Shown here in pieces: positions 1-8,830 of a stretch of 64,000 nt of DNA. The notes under the pieces are model-generated. The model was not told the origin of the DNA, ran no database searches, and saw nothing but the letters and a program-made list of their open reading frames with translations. Source of the DNA: an uncultured Poribacteria bacterium (GTDB lineage Bacteria; Poribacteria; WGA-4E; WGA-3G); contig OX638351.1 in the NCBI GenBank assembly GCA_951813565.1, forward strand, positions 4,576,001-4,640,000, read 5' to 3'. Made by a program: the position numbers and the translations under genes. Position 1 is the first letter of the stretch; every line of letters starts with the position of its first letter.

Positions 1-37
1 TATCAAACTCACGTTAAATTTATCAATAGGAGAATTA

Positions 38-904
38 GTGGACACGAATACAACATTCGAGGAACAGAAGTTTAGATTGACGCCTGAAGAACGATCATCT
101 TGGGAAGAAAACGGATACTTTATCCGTTACGACGTTTTTACAAAAGAAGAAAACGACTCATTAGCACAAGTCGCCGATGACATTGCCACAGGAAAACGTC
201 CGTTCCCCGCCAAGCAAATCCACCAAAACGCGTTGGTCAGAGATGGAAAGGTAAAAGCAGCTGGTTCCAATGCGATGCACTGTATACATCATATTAATAA
301 ACATTCACCTGAATTCCTTGCACGAACACGCGACATTCGTTTAACTGATCCAATCGTTGACTTAATCGGTCCAGATATCCTCGGTCTCAACAATCTGTAT
401 ATCTGGAAACCGCCAAGAATCGGTTTAGGTTTCCCATGGCATCAGGATAAATGGTACTTTAACCATCAATACATAACTACAAAAACCGTTGGAACATGGA
501 CTGCCATTGATGATGCAGATTTAGACAATGGATGTCTTTACGTTATACCCGGCAGCCATAAGAACGAGGTTCATGAACATGTTCAACTTGAAGGTTCGCA
601 ACAAAACGAGTTTAAACAAGCACTCGGTGCAAGAGATGAGGATGAGGTTGCCGTTGAGGTGCCATCTGGTAGCGTTATTTTCTTTAACAACCAACTACTA
701 CATAAAAGCACAGATAACCACAGTGATCGTTTTCGCAGATGTAATGTTGCACATTATATCTGTGCACATTCAGAACGGGTTCAAGGTCAGAACAGAAACT
801 ATATTCGTCCAGTCTCATGGATAAGAGGTGATTCCTACTCAAAAAAGATGGAACCTGTTTATCACGATGCTTTACCAATCCCCGAAGAACAGGAGAATAA
901 ATGA
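38..904 (+). CDS. PhyH-family Fe(II)/2-oxoglutarate dioxygenase
   Basis: WHQD (HxD) motif, WTAIDDA..NGCLYVIPGSH, distal LLHKS..N...R; GGAG RBS before GTG. Confidence 0.9.
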   Translation: MDTNTTFEEQKFRLTPEERSSWEENGYFIRYDVFTKEENDSLAQVADDIATGKRPFPAKQIHQNALVRDGKVKAAGSNAMHCIHHINKHSPEFLARTRDIRLTDPIVDLIGPDILGLNNLYIWKPPRIGLGFPWHQDKWYFNHQYITTKTVGTWTAIDDADLDNGCLYVIPGSHKNEVHEHVQLEGSQQNEFKQALGARDEDEVAVEVPSGSVIFFNNQLLHKSTDNHSDRFRRCNVAHYICAHSERVQGQNRNYIRPVSWIRGDSYSKKMEPVYHDALPIPEEQENK

Positions 905-1758
905 GTACAAACACATCACCACCGGAACGCCAATTTGCCCTAACTTCTGATGAACTATCATTTTGGAATGATAACGGTTACTTTGTCCGTTATGACGTCT
1001 TCACAGAAAAAGATAACAACGTCTTACGGCAAATCGCTGATGACATTATTGATGGAAAACGACCTTTTCCGACAGAGAATATCGATCAAAACGCATTAGT
1101 CAGAGACGGAAAAGTTGAAGCATCTGGAATCCATGCAATCCATAAAATCCATCATGTGAGTTGTTATTGCCCTGAATTCCTCGCGCGTGTGCGTGACCAG
1201 CGCCTAACAGATCCAATTGTTGACCTACTCGGTCCAAATCTGCTGAGTCAAGGCAATCTGTATATCTGGAAAGCGCCAAAGATCGGTTTAGGTTTCCCCT
1301 GGCATCAAGATAAATGGTATTTTAACTGGCAGTATAAAACTGATATGACTGTCGGAACTTGGACTGCTATTGATGCTGCAGACCGAGACAACGGATGTTT
1401 ATACGTTATACCCGGTAGCCACAAATACGGGATTCTTGCGCATGAGGACCTGGAAGGTTCACAACAGAATGAGTTTAAGATAGCACGCGATGCCCGTGAC
1501 GAAGATGGTGTGGCTGTTGAAGTGCCGCCTGGAGCAGTAGTCTGGTTTAACAACCAACTTCTCCATAAAAGTACTGATAACCACAGTCTGCGCTTTCGGC
1601 GTTGTAATGTTGCACATTATATCAGTGGAAATGCAGAACGTGTCCCTAAAAAGGATGGCAAAAATGTCCGTCCCGTCATGTGGGTTCGCGGAGATATATA
1701 CTCAGAAAAGATGGAACCCGTCTATCGTGACGTTTTACCGATCCCGGAATCCGATTGA
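901..1758 (+). CDS. PhyH-family dioxygenase, tandem paralog of 38-904
   Basis: Same motifs, long identical blocks (IGLGFPWHQDKWYFN, NGCLYVIPGSHK); ATGA overlap with upstream stop. Confidence 0.9.
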   Translation: MSTNTSPPERQFALTSDELSFWNDNGYFVRYDVFTEKDNNVLRQIADDIIDGKRPFPTENIDQNALVRDGKVEASGIHAIHKIHHVSCYCPEFLARVRDQRLTDPIVDLLGPNLLSQGNLYIWKAPKIGLGFPWHQDKWYFNWQYKTDMTVGTWTAIDAADRDNGCLYVIPGSHKYGILAHEDLEGSQQNEFKIARDARDEDGVAVEVPPGAVVWFNNQLLHKSTDNHSLRFRRCNVAHYISGNAERVPKKDGKNVRPVMWVRGDIYSEKMEPVYRDVLPIPESD

Positions 1759-1776
1759 AAAGCGAAGAAGAAAGAT

Positions 1777-1911
1777 TCAAGCACTCCTACCAGAAAACAG
1801 GGTCTTCTTCAACAAATCACCGGTGTAAATAGCACTCGGCAGCACTTCGCACTCCGCCCAACACCCCGGACATTTATATATCCAGTCTCGTTGCTTCTCA
1901 ATGTCAGCGTT
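1777..1911 (-). pseudogene. C-terminal remnant of a probable radical SAM/SPASM protein
   Basis: Minus frame reads NADIEKQRDWIYKCPGCWAECEVLPSAIYTGDLLKKTLFSGRSA*; CxxCxxxC near C-terminus; 5' part replaced by repeats. Confidence 0.5.
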
Positions 1912-2003
1912 CACCCGGAGGTCTTTGAATTTCTGATCGCGAAAATTTCCGACACTTGCCGTTATGAATGCCTAAATGGCATTCCCCGTATGGTATTTGT
2001 CGG

Positions 2004-2028
2004 GTCGCGACCAGGAGGTCGCTCCTAC
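2004..2028 (-). repeat. GTAG-type REP palindrome (identical copy at 37797-37821)
   Basis: gtcgcgaccaggaggtcgctcctac = revcomp of GTAG+hairpin. Confidence 0.8.
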
Positions 2029-2224
2029 AGAATGTCCGAGGCGACAAGTCATGGCGAATACCACACGGGGAGTGCCTACTACTTTGCATCGCACATCTTT
2101 TTTGTAAGTTGAGGCTATGGATAGAGTGATAGCGAAACCCGACCACAATGCTGCTATAAAACATTAACGTTTGTGATGAAATACGCCAGAAAAACCGAAA
2201 ACTAAATAACCCTGTGAATGCGTT

Positions 2225-2253
2225 TTGACAAAAGATTTTTTATGCGTTATACT
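2225..2253 (+). promoter_or_regulatory. sigma70-like promoter
   Basis: TTGACA-17bp-TATACT. Confidence 0.55.
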
Positions 2254-2288
2254 AACATTTGAAAGAAATATCCTCATGGAATATCTCT

Positions 2289-2536
2289 TATAGTGAAACC
2301 ATAATTATTTGGACATTTTGTTCTTATGTGGATTTTAAACACGCGATAAATGTCCGAGGCGCAGCATGCCACACGGGGAATGCCATAAGGCATTCGGACC
2401 CGGTGAATGACTAAATGTCGTTCATACCTTTGATTTCTTGATTTGGCGCATGCTGCGTTGATTTGGCAATGAATTGCGCGACTACAAACACCGCTAACCT
2501 TAAGAAAATGTCCAGGTATTTTTAGATTTTACTATA
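2289..2536. mobile_element. MITE with IS630-like ends, carrying REP cargo
   Basis: TATAGTGAAA...GGACATTTT / AAAATGTCC...TTTTACTATA imperfect inverted repeats with flanking TA; inverted near-copy at 55045-55186. Confidence 0.75.
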
Positions 2537-2562
2537 AAACCCACACGCATCAGGAGAATTAT

Positions 2563-4317
2563 ATGCTTAAGTGCGCTCAAATATTAAAAATCGTAGTGGT
2601 GTCTGTCCTATGTCTTGCAATGATTGCTACGACTACTGCCCAAAAACCCGACTTTCCGGAACGCATACCTATTGTTGAACGTCCCTTTTCTGACGACCCA
2701 GATAAGTTCACTTTCGCTATCATTGGAGACAAAACTGGTGGTGGATTAGATAAGTGGCCAGTATTTGACCGCGCAATAGATGAAATCAACACCTTAAAAC
2801 CTGACTTTGCTATCATGGTAGGCGACTTAATACAGGGAGATACAACAGACCTTAAACAACTTACTGCAGAATGGAAAGAATTTTGGGATCATCAATCCGA
2901 TTTAATCGTCCCGTTTCTGCCATTGCCCGGTAACCACGATATTACTAACCGCGTGATGTATGACTACTGGGAGAAGCACATCGGACGCACCTATTCGGCG
3001 TTTACTTACAAAAATTGTCTATTCCTATTGCTCAATACAGAGGAGTGGCATACAAACAGTGGTGAATGGACAAACTGGTTTGGGGAAGAACAGATTGAAT
3101 ATGTGAAATCTCAATTGACACAACACACGGATGTGCGGCATACGTTTGTAATGTTGCACAGACCTCTTTGGCTTCAGAAACATTCCGGTTGGGAAGAAAT
3201 TGAAGCGGCACTCGGTGAACGGGCATACACTGTTTTCGCAGGACACTACCATAGGTTGACACTTCATACTCGCAATGACCGCCGATACTTTGTGCTCGGT
3301 GCTACCGGTGGCGGATTCACACCACAGGCAGTGCGAGAATACGGTGCATTCGATCATTATAGCCTTGTAACTGTTGATAACGAAGATGTCAATATCGCAA
3401 TCATTGAACCGGGTAGCATCCACTCTGCAGACCTCTCAACCGCAACGTTTAAAGACAAGGTTTCCAGCCTACTCAAATTTAAACCCGATTTTAACCTCAA
3501 CAAAGATGAATCTTTTTCTTATGGAAGTCTTGAAGTCGCACTTGAAAACACACTTGAAAAACTAATTCAAGTTGAATTAGTTTTTCAACCAAATCAGAAT
3601 TGGCAGATTTCCCCAAACCAATTATCTTTTGAAGCTAAACCGGGACAAACTACAAAAACAATTGTAACCTTTTCTGTTCCAACGGATAACTTCCTCCCGT
3701 TTCCTATTTACAAATATTCCGGGTTATATGGTGGCGAACAATTGTTAAGCGGCAGGCAGTTGTTTCACCCTATTGCCAGAGAACATATGCGCGTCCTGAA
3801 AAATTGGATGCTTCTCGGTCCCTTTGATCTCGGTATAGAAAAGATACCCGCAAACACAAACGAAATTCCGCAAAGTTTTCTTGAAATACCTGTCCCCGAA
3901 CTTAATCTTGAAAAAACCTATCAAGGAAAAGAAGGCGAAATCTCTTGGCAAGAACACAATGCTGAATCGGATAATGTCAAATTAAGGGATATATTTGGAA
4001 ATGCAGAATTGACATACAGTTATGCCATGTCCTATATCAAAAGTCCAGATGCGCGGCATGTTTTTGCCCAGATCAGATGGGGAGGCAACCTCGGCAGACT
4101 CTATCTCAATGGAGTTGAGATTCCTAATGCCGCTATCCCTGGAAAAGACCTATATTCTTGGTGGGCACACTTTGAATTACCTTTGAAAAAAGGTTGGAAT
4201 ACTTTGGCGATTTTGTCGGGTGATTATAATGGGTATTGGGATTTTCGGATGGAAATCGCAGACCCGACGAAGGTACTTGAGTTTGGAGTGGCGCCGACTG
4301 CTGAATATAATAAGTAA
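2563..4317 (+). CDS. Secreted calcineurin-like metallophosphoesterase with C-terminal beta-rich domains
   Basis: Signal peptide; GD, GDL, GNHD, H, GHYH motifs; AGGAG RBS. Confidence 0.85.
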   Translation: MLKCAQILKIVVVSVLCLAMIATTTAQKPDFPERIPIVERPFSDDPDKFTFAIIGDKTGGGLDKWPVFDRAIDEINTLKPDFAIMVGDLIQGDTTDLKQLTAEWKEFWDHQSDLIVPFLPLPGNHDITNRVMYDYWEKHIGRTYSAFTYKNCLFLLLNTEEWHTNSGEWTNWFGEEQIEYVKSQLTQHTDVRHTFVMLHRPLWLQKHSGWEEIEAALGERAYTVFAGHYHRLTLHTRNDRRYFVLGATGGGFTPQAVREYGAFDHYSLVTVDNEDVNIAIIEPGSIHSADLSTATFKDKVSSLLKFKPDFNLNKDESFSYGSLEVALENTLEKLIQVELVFQPNQNWQISPNQLSFEAKPGQTTKTIVTFSVPTDNFLPFPIYKYSGLYGGEQLLSGRQLFHPIAREHMRVLKNWMLLGPFDLGIEKIPANTNEIPQSFLEIPVPELNLEKTYQGKEGEISWQEHNAESDNVKLRDIFGNAELTYSYAMSYIKSPDARHVFAQIRWGGNLGRLYLNGVEIPNAAIPGKDLYSWWAHFELPLKKGWNTLAILSGDYNGYWDFRMEIADPTKVLEFGVAPTAEYNK

Positions 4318-4397
4318 ATCTGGTTTTTGTAGAATTTTGGCGGTTTGTGTGTTGTCTGAACCGAGATTTGCAGGATTACCTGATTTTCAGGCAAACG

Positions 4398-4456
4398 GTA
4401 GGCGCGTTTGTAACGCGCCTACCAGGAGTGGTGGAGGGCTTATAAAGCCCTCCCAC
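4398..4456. repeat. REP-like palindromes
   Basis: GTAGGCGCGTTTGTAACGCGCCTAC and GGAGGGCTTATAAAGCCCTCC hairpins. Confidence 0.7.
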
Positions 4457-4503
4457 AAGAGTGCTGCGCGCCACTTGAATGGCTCTACTAAAACATCTGA
4501 AAT

Positions 4504-4532
4504 TTGACAAAAATCCCTACACACGCTATATT
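4504..4532 (+). promoter_or_regulatory. sigma70-like promoter of phnY/phnZ-like pair
   Basis: TTGACA-17bp-TATATT. Confidence 0.5.
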
Positions 4533-4564
4533 AAACATAAGAGCGTTATCTTCAAGGATGGATT

Positions 4565-5347
4565 ATGACTCACCTCAATTCGGCACTCCACCGAGACTGG
4601 CAAAACAACGGCTACTTGAAAATTCCTACCTTCTTCTCTACTGAAGAAGTGAAAGACCTAAAAACATGGGTATCTGAAATCTCATCTTGGGAACCGACTG
4701 AAGATAAATGGATGCATCACTACGAATCAACACCAGAAGGTGCAAGACTTTCTCGTTCAGAAAATTTTGTGCCATACCATACCGATATGAAAAACACCGT
4801 GACAAGCGGTAAAGTTTTGGGTGTTGTTTCTGAGTTGATGGCAGAATCGGCAGTTCTTTACAAAGAGAAAATCAACTACAAGTATCCCGGTGGCGGCGGT
4901 TACGTTGCTCATCAGGATGCTCCTGCCTACGAGTTTGTTGACTATCACATCACCTGTCTAATCTCAGTAGATTCAGCAACTCCAGAAAGCGGATGTCTCT
5001 ATTTCTCACCAGGCAGGCATAAAGAAGGGTTCATCGCACTTGACGAGAAAGGTTGTGTCGCGCCCGAAACTGCCTTGAAGATGGAGTGGATCGCAGTGCC
5101 AACCGCACCCGGTGACATTCTCCTTTTCGGTTCTTACATTCCGCACAAGAGTCCTCCTAATCGTTCAAATGAATCGAGACGGATTATCTATCTCACCTAT
5201 AACGCTAAGTCTCAAGGTGATTGGCGTGAGCGGTATTATGCCGACAAGCGGCAAGCCTTTTCCCAATATGCAAATGACGGTTCAAAACGAAACAAACAAA
5301 TTAGCAAAATCGCACATTTTCAAGGAAAAGTTATAAGTCATGAATAA
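4565..5347 (+). CDS. phnY: PhnY*-like phosphonate dioxygenase (PhyH family)
   Basis: LYKEKINYKYPGGGGYVAHQD, PHKS..N.S...RR..YLTYN; coupled to a PhnZ-type HD gene. Confidence 0.7.
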   Translation: MTHLNSALHRDWQNNGYLKIPTFFSTEEVKDLKTWVSEISSWEPTEDKWMHHYESTPEGARLSRSENFVPYHTDMKNTVTSGKVLGVVSELMAESAVLYKEKINYKYPGGGGYVAHQDAPAYEFVDYHITCLISVDSATPESGCLYFSPGRHKEGFIALDEKGCVAPETALKMEWIAVPTAPGDILLFGSYIPHKSPPNRSNESRRIIYLTYNAKSQGDWRERYYADKRQAFSQYANDGSKRNKQISKIAHFQGKVISHE

Positions 5348-5936
5348 TTACATTGATCCAAGCCTTGCACGGAAAATGAGCGCCGCAACACTACAACAAA
5401 AGGTTGACATACTATTTACCTACATGGAGAAACGTGGACAGTCATTTTACGATGAGGCCGTGACACAACTTGAACACGCGCTCCAATGTGCTGCACTCGC
5501 AAAGCAGAACGATGCAAGCCCCACACTAATTACAAGCGCATTGCTCCATGACATCGGACATATTATCTTAGATGAGCACAATGCAGATGTCGCTTTTCTG
5601 GACACGGACCTGAATCATGAGGAGATTGGCGCGCAGTATCTGGAACCGTTTTTCCCGGAATCCATCACAACACCGATCCGACTGCATGTCCCTGCAAAAA
5701 GGTATCTGTGTACAACCGATTCCTCTTACTATGACGGGCTATCCGAAGCATCAAAAAGAAGTCTTAAACTTCAGGGCGGTGTAATGTCAGACAAGGAGCG
5801 AGAAGCGTTTGAACAGATTTCGCATTATTTGGACGCGCTCACCTTACGGCGATGGGACGATATGGCTAAGGTGAAAGGGTTAGAGACTGTGGGTTTAGAA
5901 ACCTACCGAGATGTCGTACAACAATGTATAAAGTAG
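5340..5936 (+). CDS. phnZ: PhnZ/TmpB-like HD-domain diiron oxygenase
   Basis: Y.EAVTQLEHALQCA, LLHDIGH, HEEIGA, HVPAKRYL, LSEASKRSLKLQGG, RRWDD.AK. Confidence 0.85.
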   Translation: MNNYIDPSLARKMSAATLQQKVDILFTYMEKRGQSFYDEAVTQLEHALQCAALAKQNDASPTLITSALLHDIGHIILDEHNADVAFLDTDLNHEEIGAQYLEPFFPESITTPIRLHVPAKRYLCTTDSSYYDGLSEASKRSLKLQGGVMSDKEREAFEQISHYLDALTLRRWDDMAKVKGLETVGLETYRDVVQQCIK

Positions 5937-5963
5937 AATCCAATTTTTAGATTTATAGCGTTT

Positions 5964-6252
5964 GTAGTCGCGCAATTCATTGCGCATCTTACATTACCCG
6001 GTCGGAGCGGTTTCCTAACCGCTCCGTATTGTAGTGATACTGTTCGTTCAGTACATCGTAGGTTAAGTAGAATTTGTGAAACCAACATGTAGCAGGCTCC
6101 GCGTGCCGTAGCAAGTTACGGCATACGGAGTATGCCTACTACTTTGCACCATTTATAGGTTGGATAGAGTTTGCGAAACCCAACAATGCCAAGAGAGGCA
6201 ACAAATGCTATACGCGTATTTGACGTTGATTTGGCAATGAATTACGCTACTA
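5964..6252. repeat. Cluster of REP-like palindromes
   Basis: GTAGTCGCGCAATTCATTGCGC, GGAGCGGTTTCCTAACCGCTCC, GGCATACGGAGTATGCCTACTAC. Confidence 0.7.
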
Positions 6253-6344
6253 CACGCGGTTCTTCTTTATGCGCTTTATAAGCGCGCTTTTAATAGTTTT
6301 CAAGTAATTATAGGTTTTATCATAGAAACTGAAAGGAGAAAAAA

Positions 6345-7022
6345 ATGAGTTATGAAGCAATTGAATCAAAGTTTATCGCAACACCAGAAAAAGGCGAAGT
6401 GTCCTCACTTCTCATCCGTCCAGACAATGCAAAATGGATATTAGTGCTTGGACATGGCGCGAGCACAAATATGCACAGTTCAACACTCCAGACGATTTCC
6501 GAACGATTAGCCGATATAAACATCGCAACGTTCCGCTATCAGTTTCCTTACATGGAACGTGGCGGTGGCGGCAGAGAATCGGAGGCGGTTGCCTTACAGA
6601 CTGTCCGATCAGCGGCGGCTGCTGCACACGAGGCTGCAAGCGATCTGTCCATCCTCGTCGGCGGACACTCCTATAGCGGACGTATGTCCTCAATGTCCGC
6701 AGCGAAAGAACCGATTGAACATGTCAAAGGACTTGTATTTTTCGCATTTCCGTTGCATCCTTCTGGCAAGGAAGGTACGGAACGCGCGGTACATCTCGCT
6801 GACGTTACCATACCAATGTTATTCCTGTCTGGCACACGCGATAAGTTGGCAAAACTTGAGTTGTTGGAACCGGTCTGTGAAAAACTTGGCGACAAAGCCA
6901 CCTTACATCTGTTGGATACGGCTGACCACGGATTCAAAGTTCTCAAACGCCGTAATACGGAGGAAGACGTTTTTGTTGAGATGGCACGGGTGCTGAGTGA
7001 ATGGGCAGAAACCCTGGGTTGA
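6345..7022 (+). CDS. Alpha/beta hydrolase (KANL3/Tex30-like)
   Basis: LGHGA, GGHSYSGR nucleophile elbow, FPLHP, GTRD, DH. Confidence 0.85.
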   Translation: MSYEAIESKFIATPEKGEVSSLLIRPDNAKWILVLGHGASTNMHSSTLQTISERLADINIATFRYQFPYMERGGGGRESEAVALQTVRSAAAAAHEAASDLSILVGGHSYSGRMSSMSAAKEPIEHVKGLVFFAFPLHPSGKEGTERAVHLADVTIPMLFLSGTRDKLAKLELLEPVCEKLGDKATLHLLDTADHGFKVLKRRNTEEDVFVEMARVLSEWAETLG

Positions 7023-7077
7023 CCACCTATTTGGATTATTTATAATCCACTATAATCCTTTCTTGTCCTAAGGAGAC

Positions 7078-7881
7078 ATGATGAAATTTACTACTTTGAT
7101 TGTAGCATGTATCCTCTTTTTACTTACATTGTCTCTCAGGGCAGGAACTTATGTTGATACATTTGATGACCGTAAATTGACGGATTGGAAAGAAGTCAAC
7201 GTAAAGGATCCCCGACCTGGCAAATGGAGAGTCTTTAATGGGGAACTCCGTGCCGATAATAAGGATGACGATATCCGGCTACTCGTCCTCAAAGATGTTC
7301 AATGGACCAATTACGATGTTGAGTTAGAGGTGATGCCGCTTGAAAAACCTGGACGGGGGCATATTGTGGTTGCTGCTCGAGTCACTGAAACCAGAGCGAT
7401 TGTTTTTACAATAGGAGATGTCTTTTGGGATGCTCCCTTCCCAATCGTCAAAGGGACTATTCTTGACTTGGAAACTGGAAATTTAGATGGACTGCCGTTG
7501 TGGTTCCGCTTAAATGGCGGTCAAAAAAACATTGACAATATGTTGCGAGATGGGGTCAACTTACCTTGTAAAACTGTTTACGCACACCCATTTCTAAAGA
7601 CAGGTGAATGGAGCCACTTAAAACTGAAAGTAGGTGGTGACCTTTTTATGTTCTGGGTTAATGATGAGTTAGTTCTGACAACAATATGTGATATAGATCA
7701 TTTGGCATTTCTTGATGGGGACCTCGTTATTGGCAGCGTCGGTTTCGGTATTGCTGGTTATACTGCTCTATTTGACAATTTTGTCTTTACAGGCGAAGGA
7801 ATTCCAAACCGTGGTCGGTTGTCGGTTCAGCCACAAGACAAACTCGGAACAACATGGGGGAGATTGAAACAGATGCACTAA
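7078..7881 (+). CDS. Secreted beta-sandwich protein with C-terminal TTWG tail
   Basis: Signal peptide; ends LSVQPQDKLGTTWGRLKQMH; AAGGAG RBS. Confidence 0.75.
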   Translation: MMKFTTLIVACILFLLTLSLRAGTYVDTFDDRKLTDWKEVNVKDPRPGKWRVFNGELRADNKDDDIRLLVLKDVQWTNYDVELEVMPLEKPGRGHIVVAARVTETRAIVFTIGDVFWDAPFPIVKGTILDLETGNLDGLPLWFRLNGGQKNIDNMLRDGVNLPCKTVYAHPFLKTGEWSHLKLKVGGDLFMFWVNDELVLTTICDIDHLAFLDGDLVIGSVGFGIAGYTALFDNFVFTGEGIPNRGRLSVQPQDKLGTTWGRLKQMH

Positions 7882-7907
7882 TTCTATTCTGTTTGAACAA
7901 TTTTTTC

Positions 7908-7936
7908 TTGACAAGCATGAATTTTTGTGTTAAAAT
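7908..7936 (+). promoter_or_regulatory. sigma70-like promoter
   Basis: TTGACA-17bp-TAAAAT with extended TG. Confidence 0.45.
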
Positions 7937-8398
7937 TATTATTACATAGAAACACATTCGCATATCACGTGACACCACAAGAGGAAAACAGCGAAAATAA
8001 AAAAACACGTCCCATTCCTTATGCTGCTTGACATGAACACGTCCATGGGACGTGCAAAACGTCCTACTAAATACAGAATATTAAGGGCAGTTAGGCGGCG
8101 ATGTTATTAACGTAAACCCTGAGACGGTGAAGATTGTTGACAGCTTACCAGAGAAGTATTGATGAGGCACCTGTAAGAAAACTTGACAACCCGCATGAGT
8201 AGTGCACAATTGGGTTCATAACTCACAGAAAAGAAGAAACGTAAACAATGATGAAAAAGATTTTTTCACTAAAAAGTATGTTGGTAATTCTTATAATTGC
8301 TGGAATCATATTCATCATTTCAGGAATTGACACATACGAAGAAAAGTCTATGTCTGAGTGGATAGATGCTCGGCATAATGCTTTTATGAACTATTCTA

Positions 8399-8642
8399 AC
8401 CTAATACCAAATTACCCTAAATCGTAGGGGCGGGTCTCTGTGCCCGCCCTTACCATCGGCAATGAAAACAATGCAATTCTCGTTAATTTGGTATAAGTTG
8501 CTACGGACAAGATTTCAAGCTTGCAGACATTGCTTTTTGCTGAAAAACAAGGATTTCCAGCTAATTCTTATGCTTTCTTTTCTAAATCGGGGTTAGAAAC
8601 CCCTCCTACAAGAGCATTCGCGATATAGGTAGCAACTTGGGT
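8399..8642. mobile_element. MITE (outer) with 7-bp target duplication TATTCTA
   Basis: Ends ACCTAAGTTGCTAC (split by inner element) / GTAGCAACTTGGGT; TSD at 8392-8398 and 8643-8649. Confidence 0.75.
8405..8493. mobile_element. MITE (inner) with TAA duplication, carrying a REP
   Basis: 10-bp IR TACCAAATTA/TAATTTGGTA, TAA on both sides, REP at 8424-8449. Confidence 0.7.
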
Positions 8643-8830
8643 TATTCTAATAAAATTGAAGGCTTTAGTTATATAATTGCAGGAACAGTCTTCATCATTG
8701 CGGGTTTCTATTTTATAGTTAGATTGAAGGAGAAACTCTAAACACCTACTTCCACGTATAAAGAAAAGTTGGACCCAATATTTATTAGAGATTCTTACAA
8801 AACTTAATGACTATCATTGGTAAAATAGCA

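Larger units (their letters stand above)
8248..8741 (+). pseudogene. Small two-TM membrane protein (80 aa reconstructed) interrupted by nested MITEs
   Basis: Removing 8399-8642 plus one TATTCTA copy restores an open frame MMKKIF...NYSNKIEGFSYIIAGTVFIIAGFYFIVRLKEKL*. Confidence 0.7.

Noticed and set aside
5960..6260. CRISPR array in palindrome-rich intergenic regions
   Set aside because: Palindromes differ from each other, spacing is irregular and no cas genes are present; they fit REPs.
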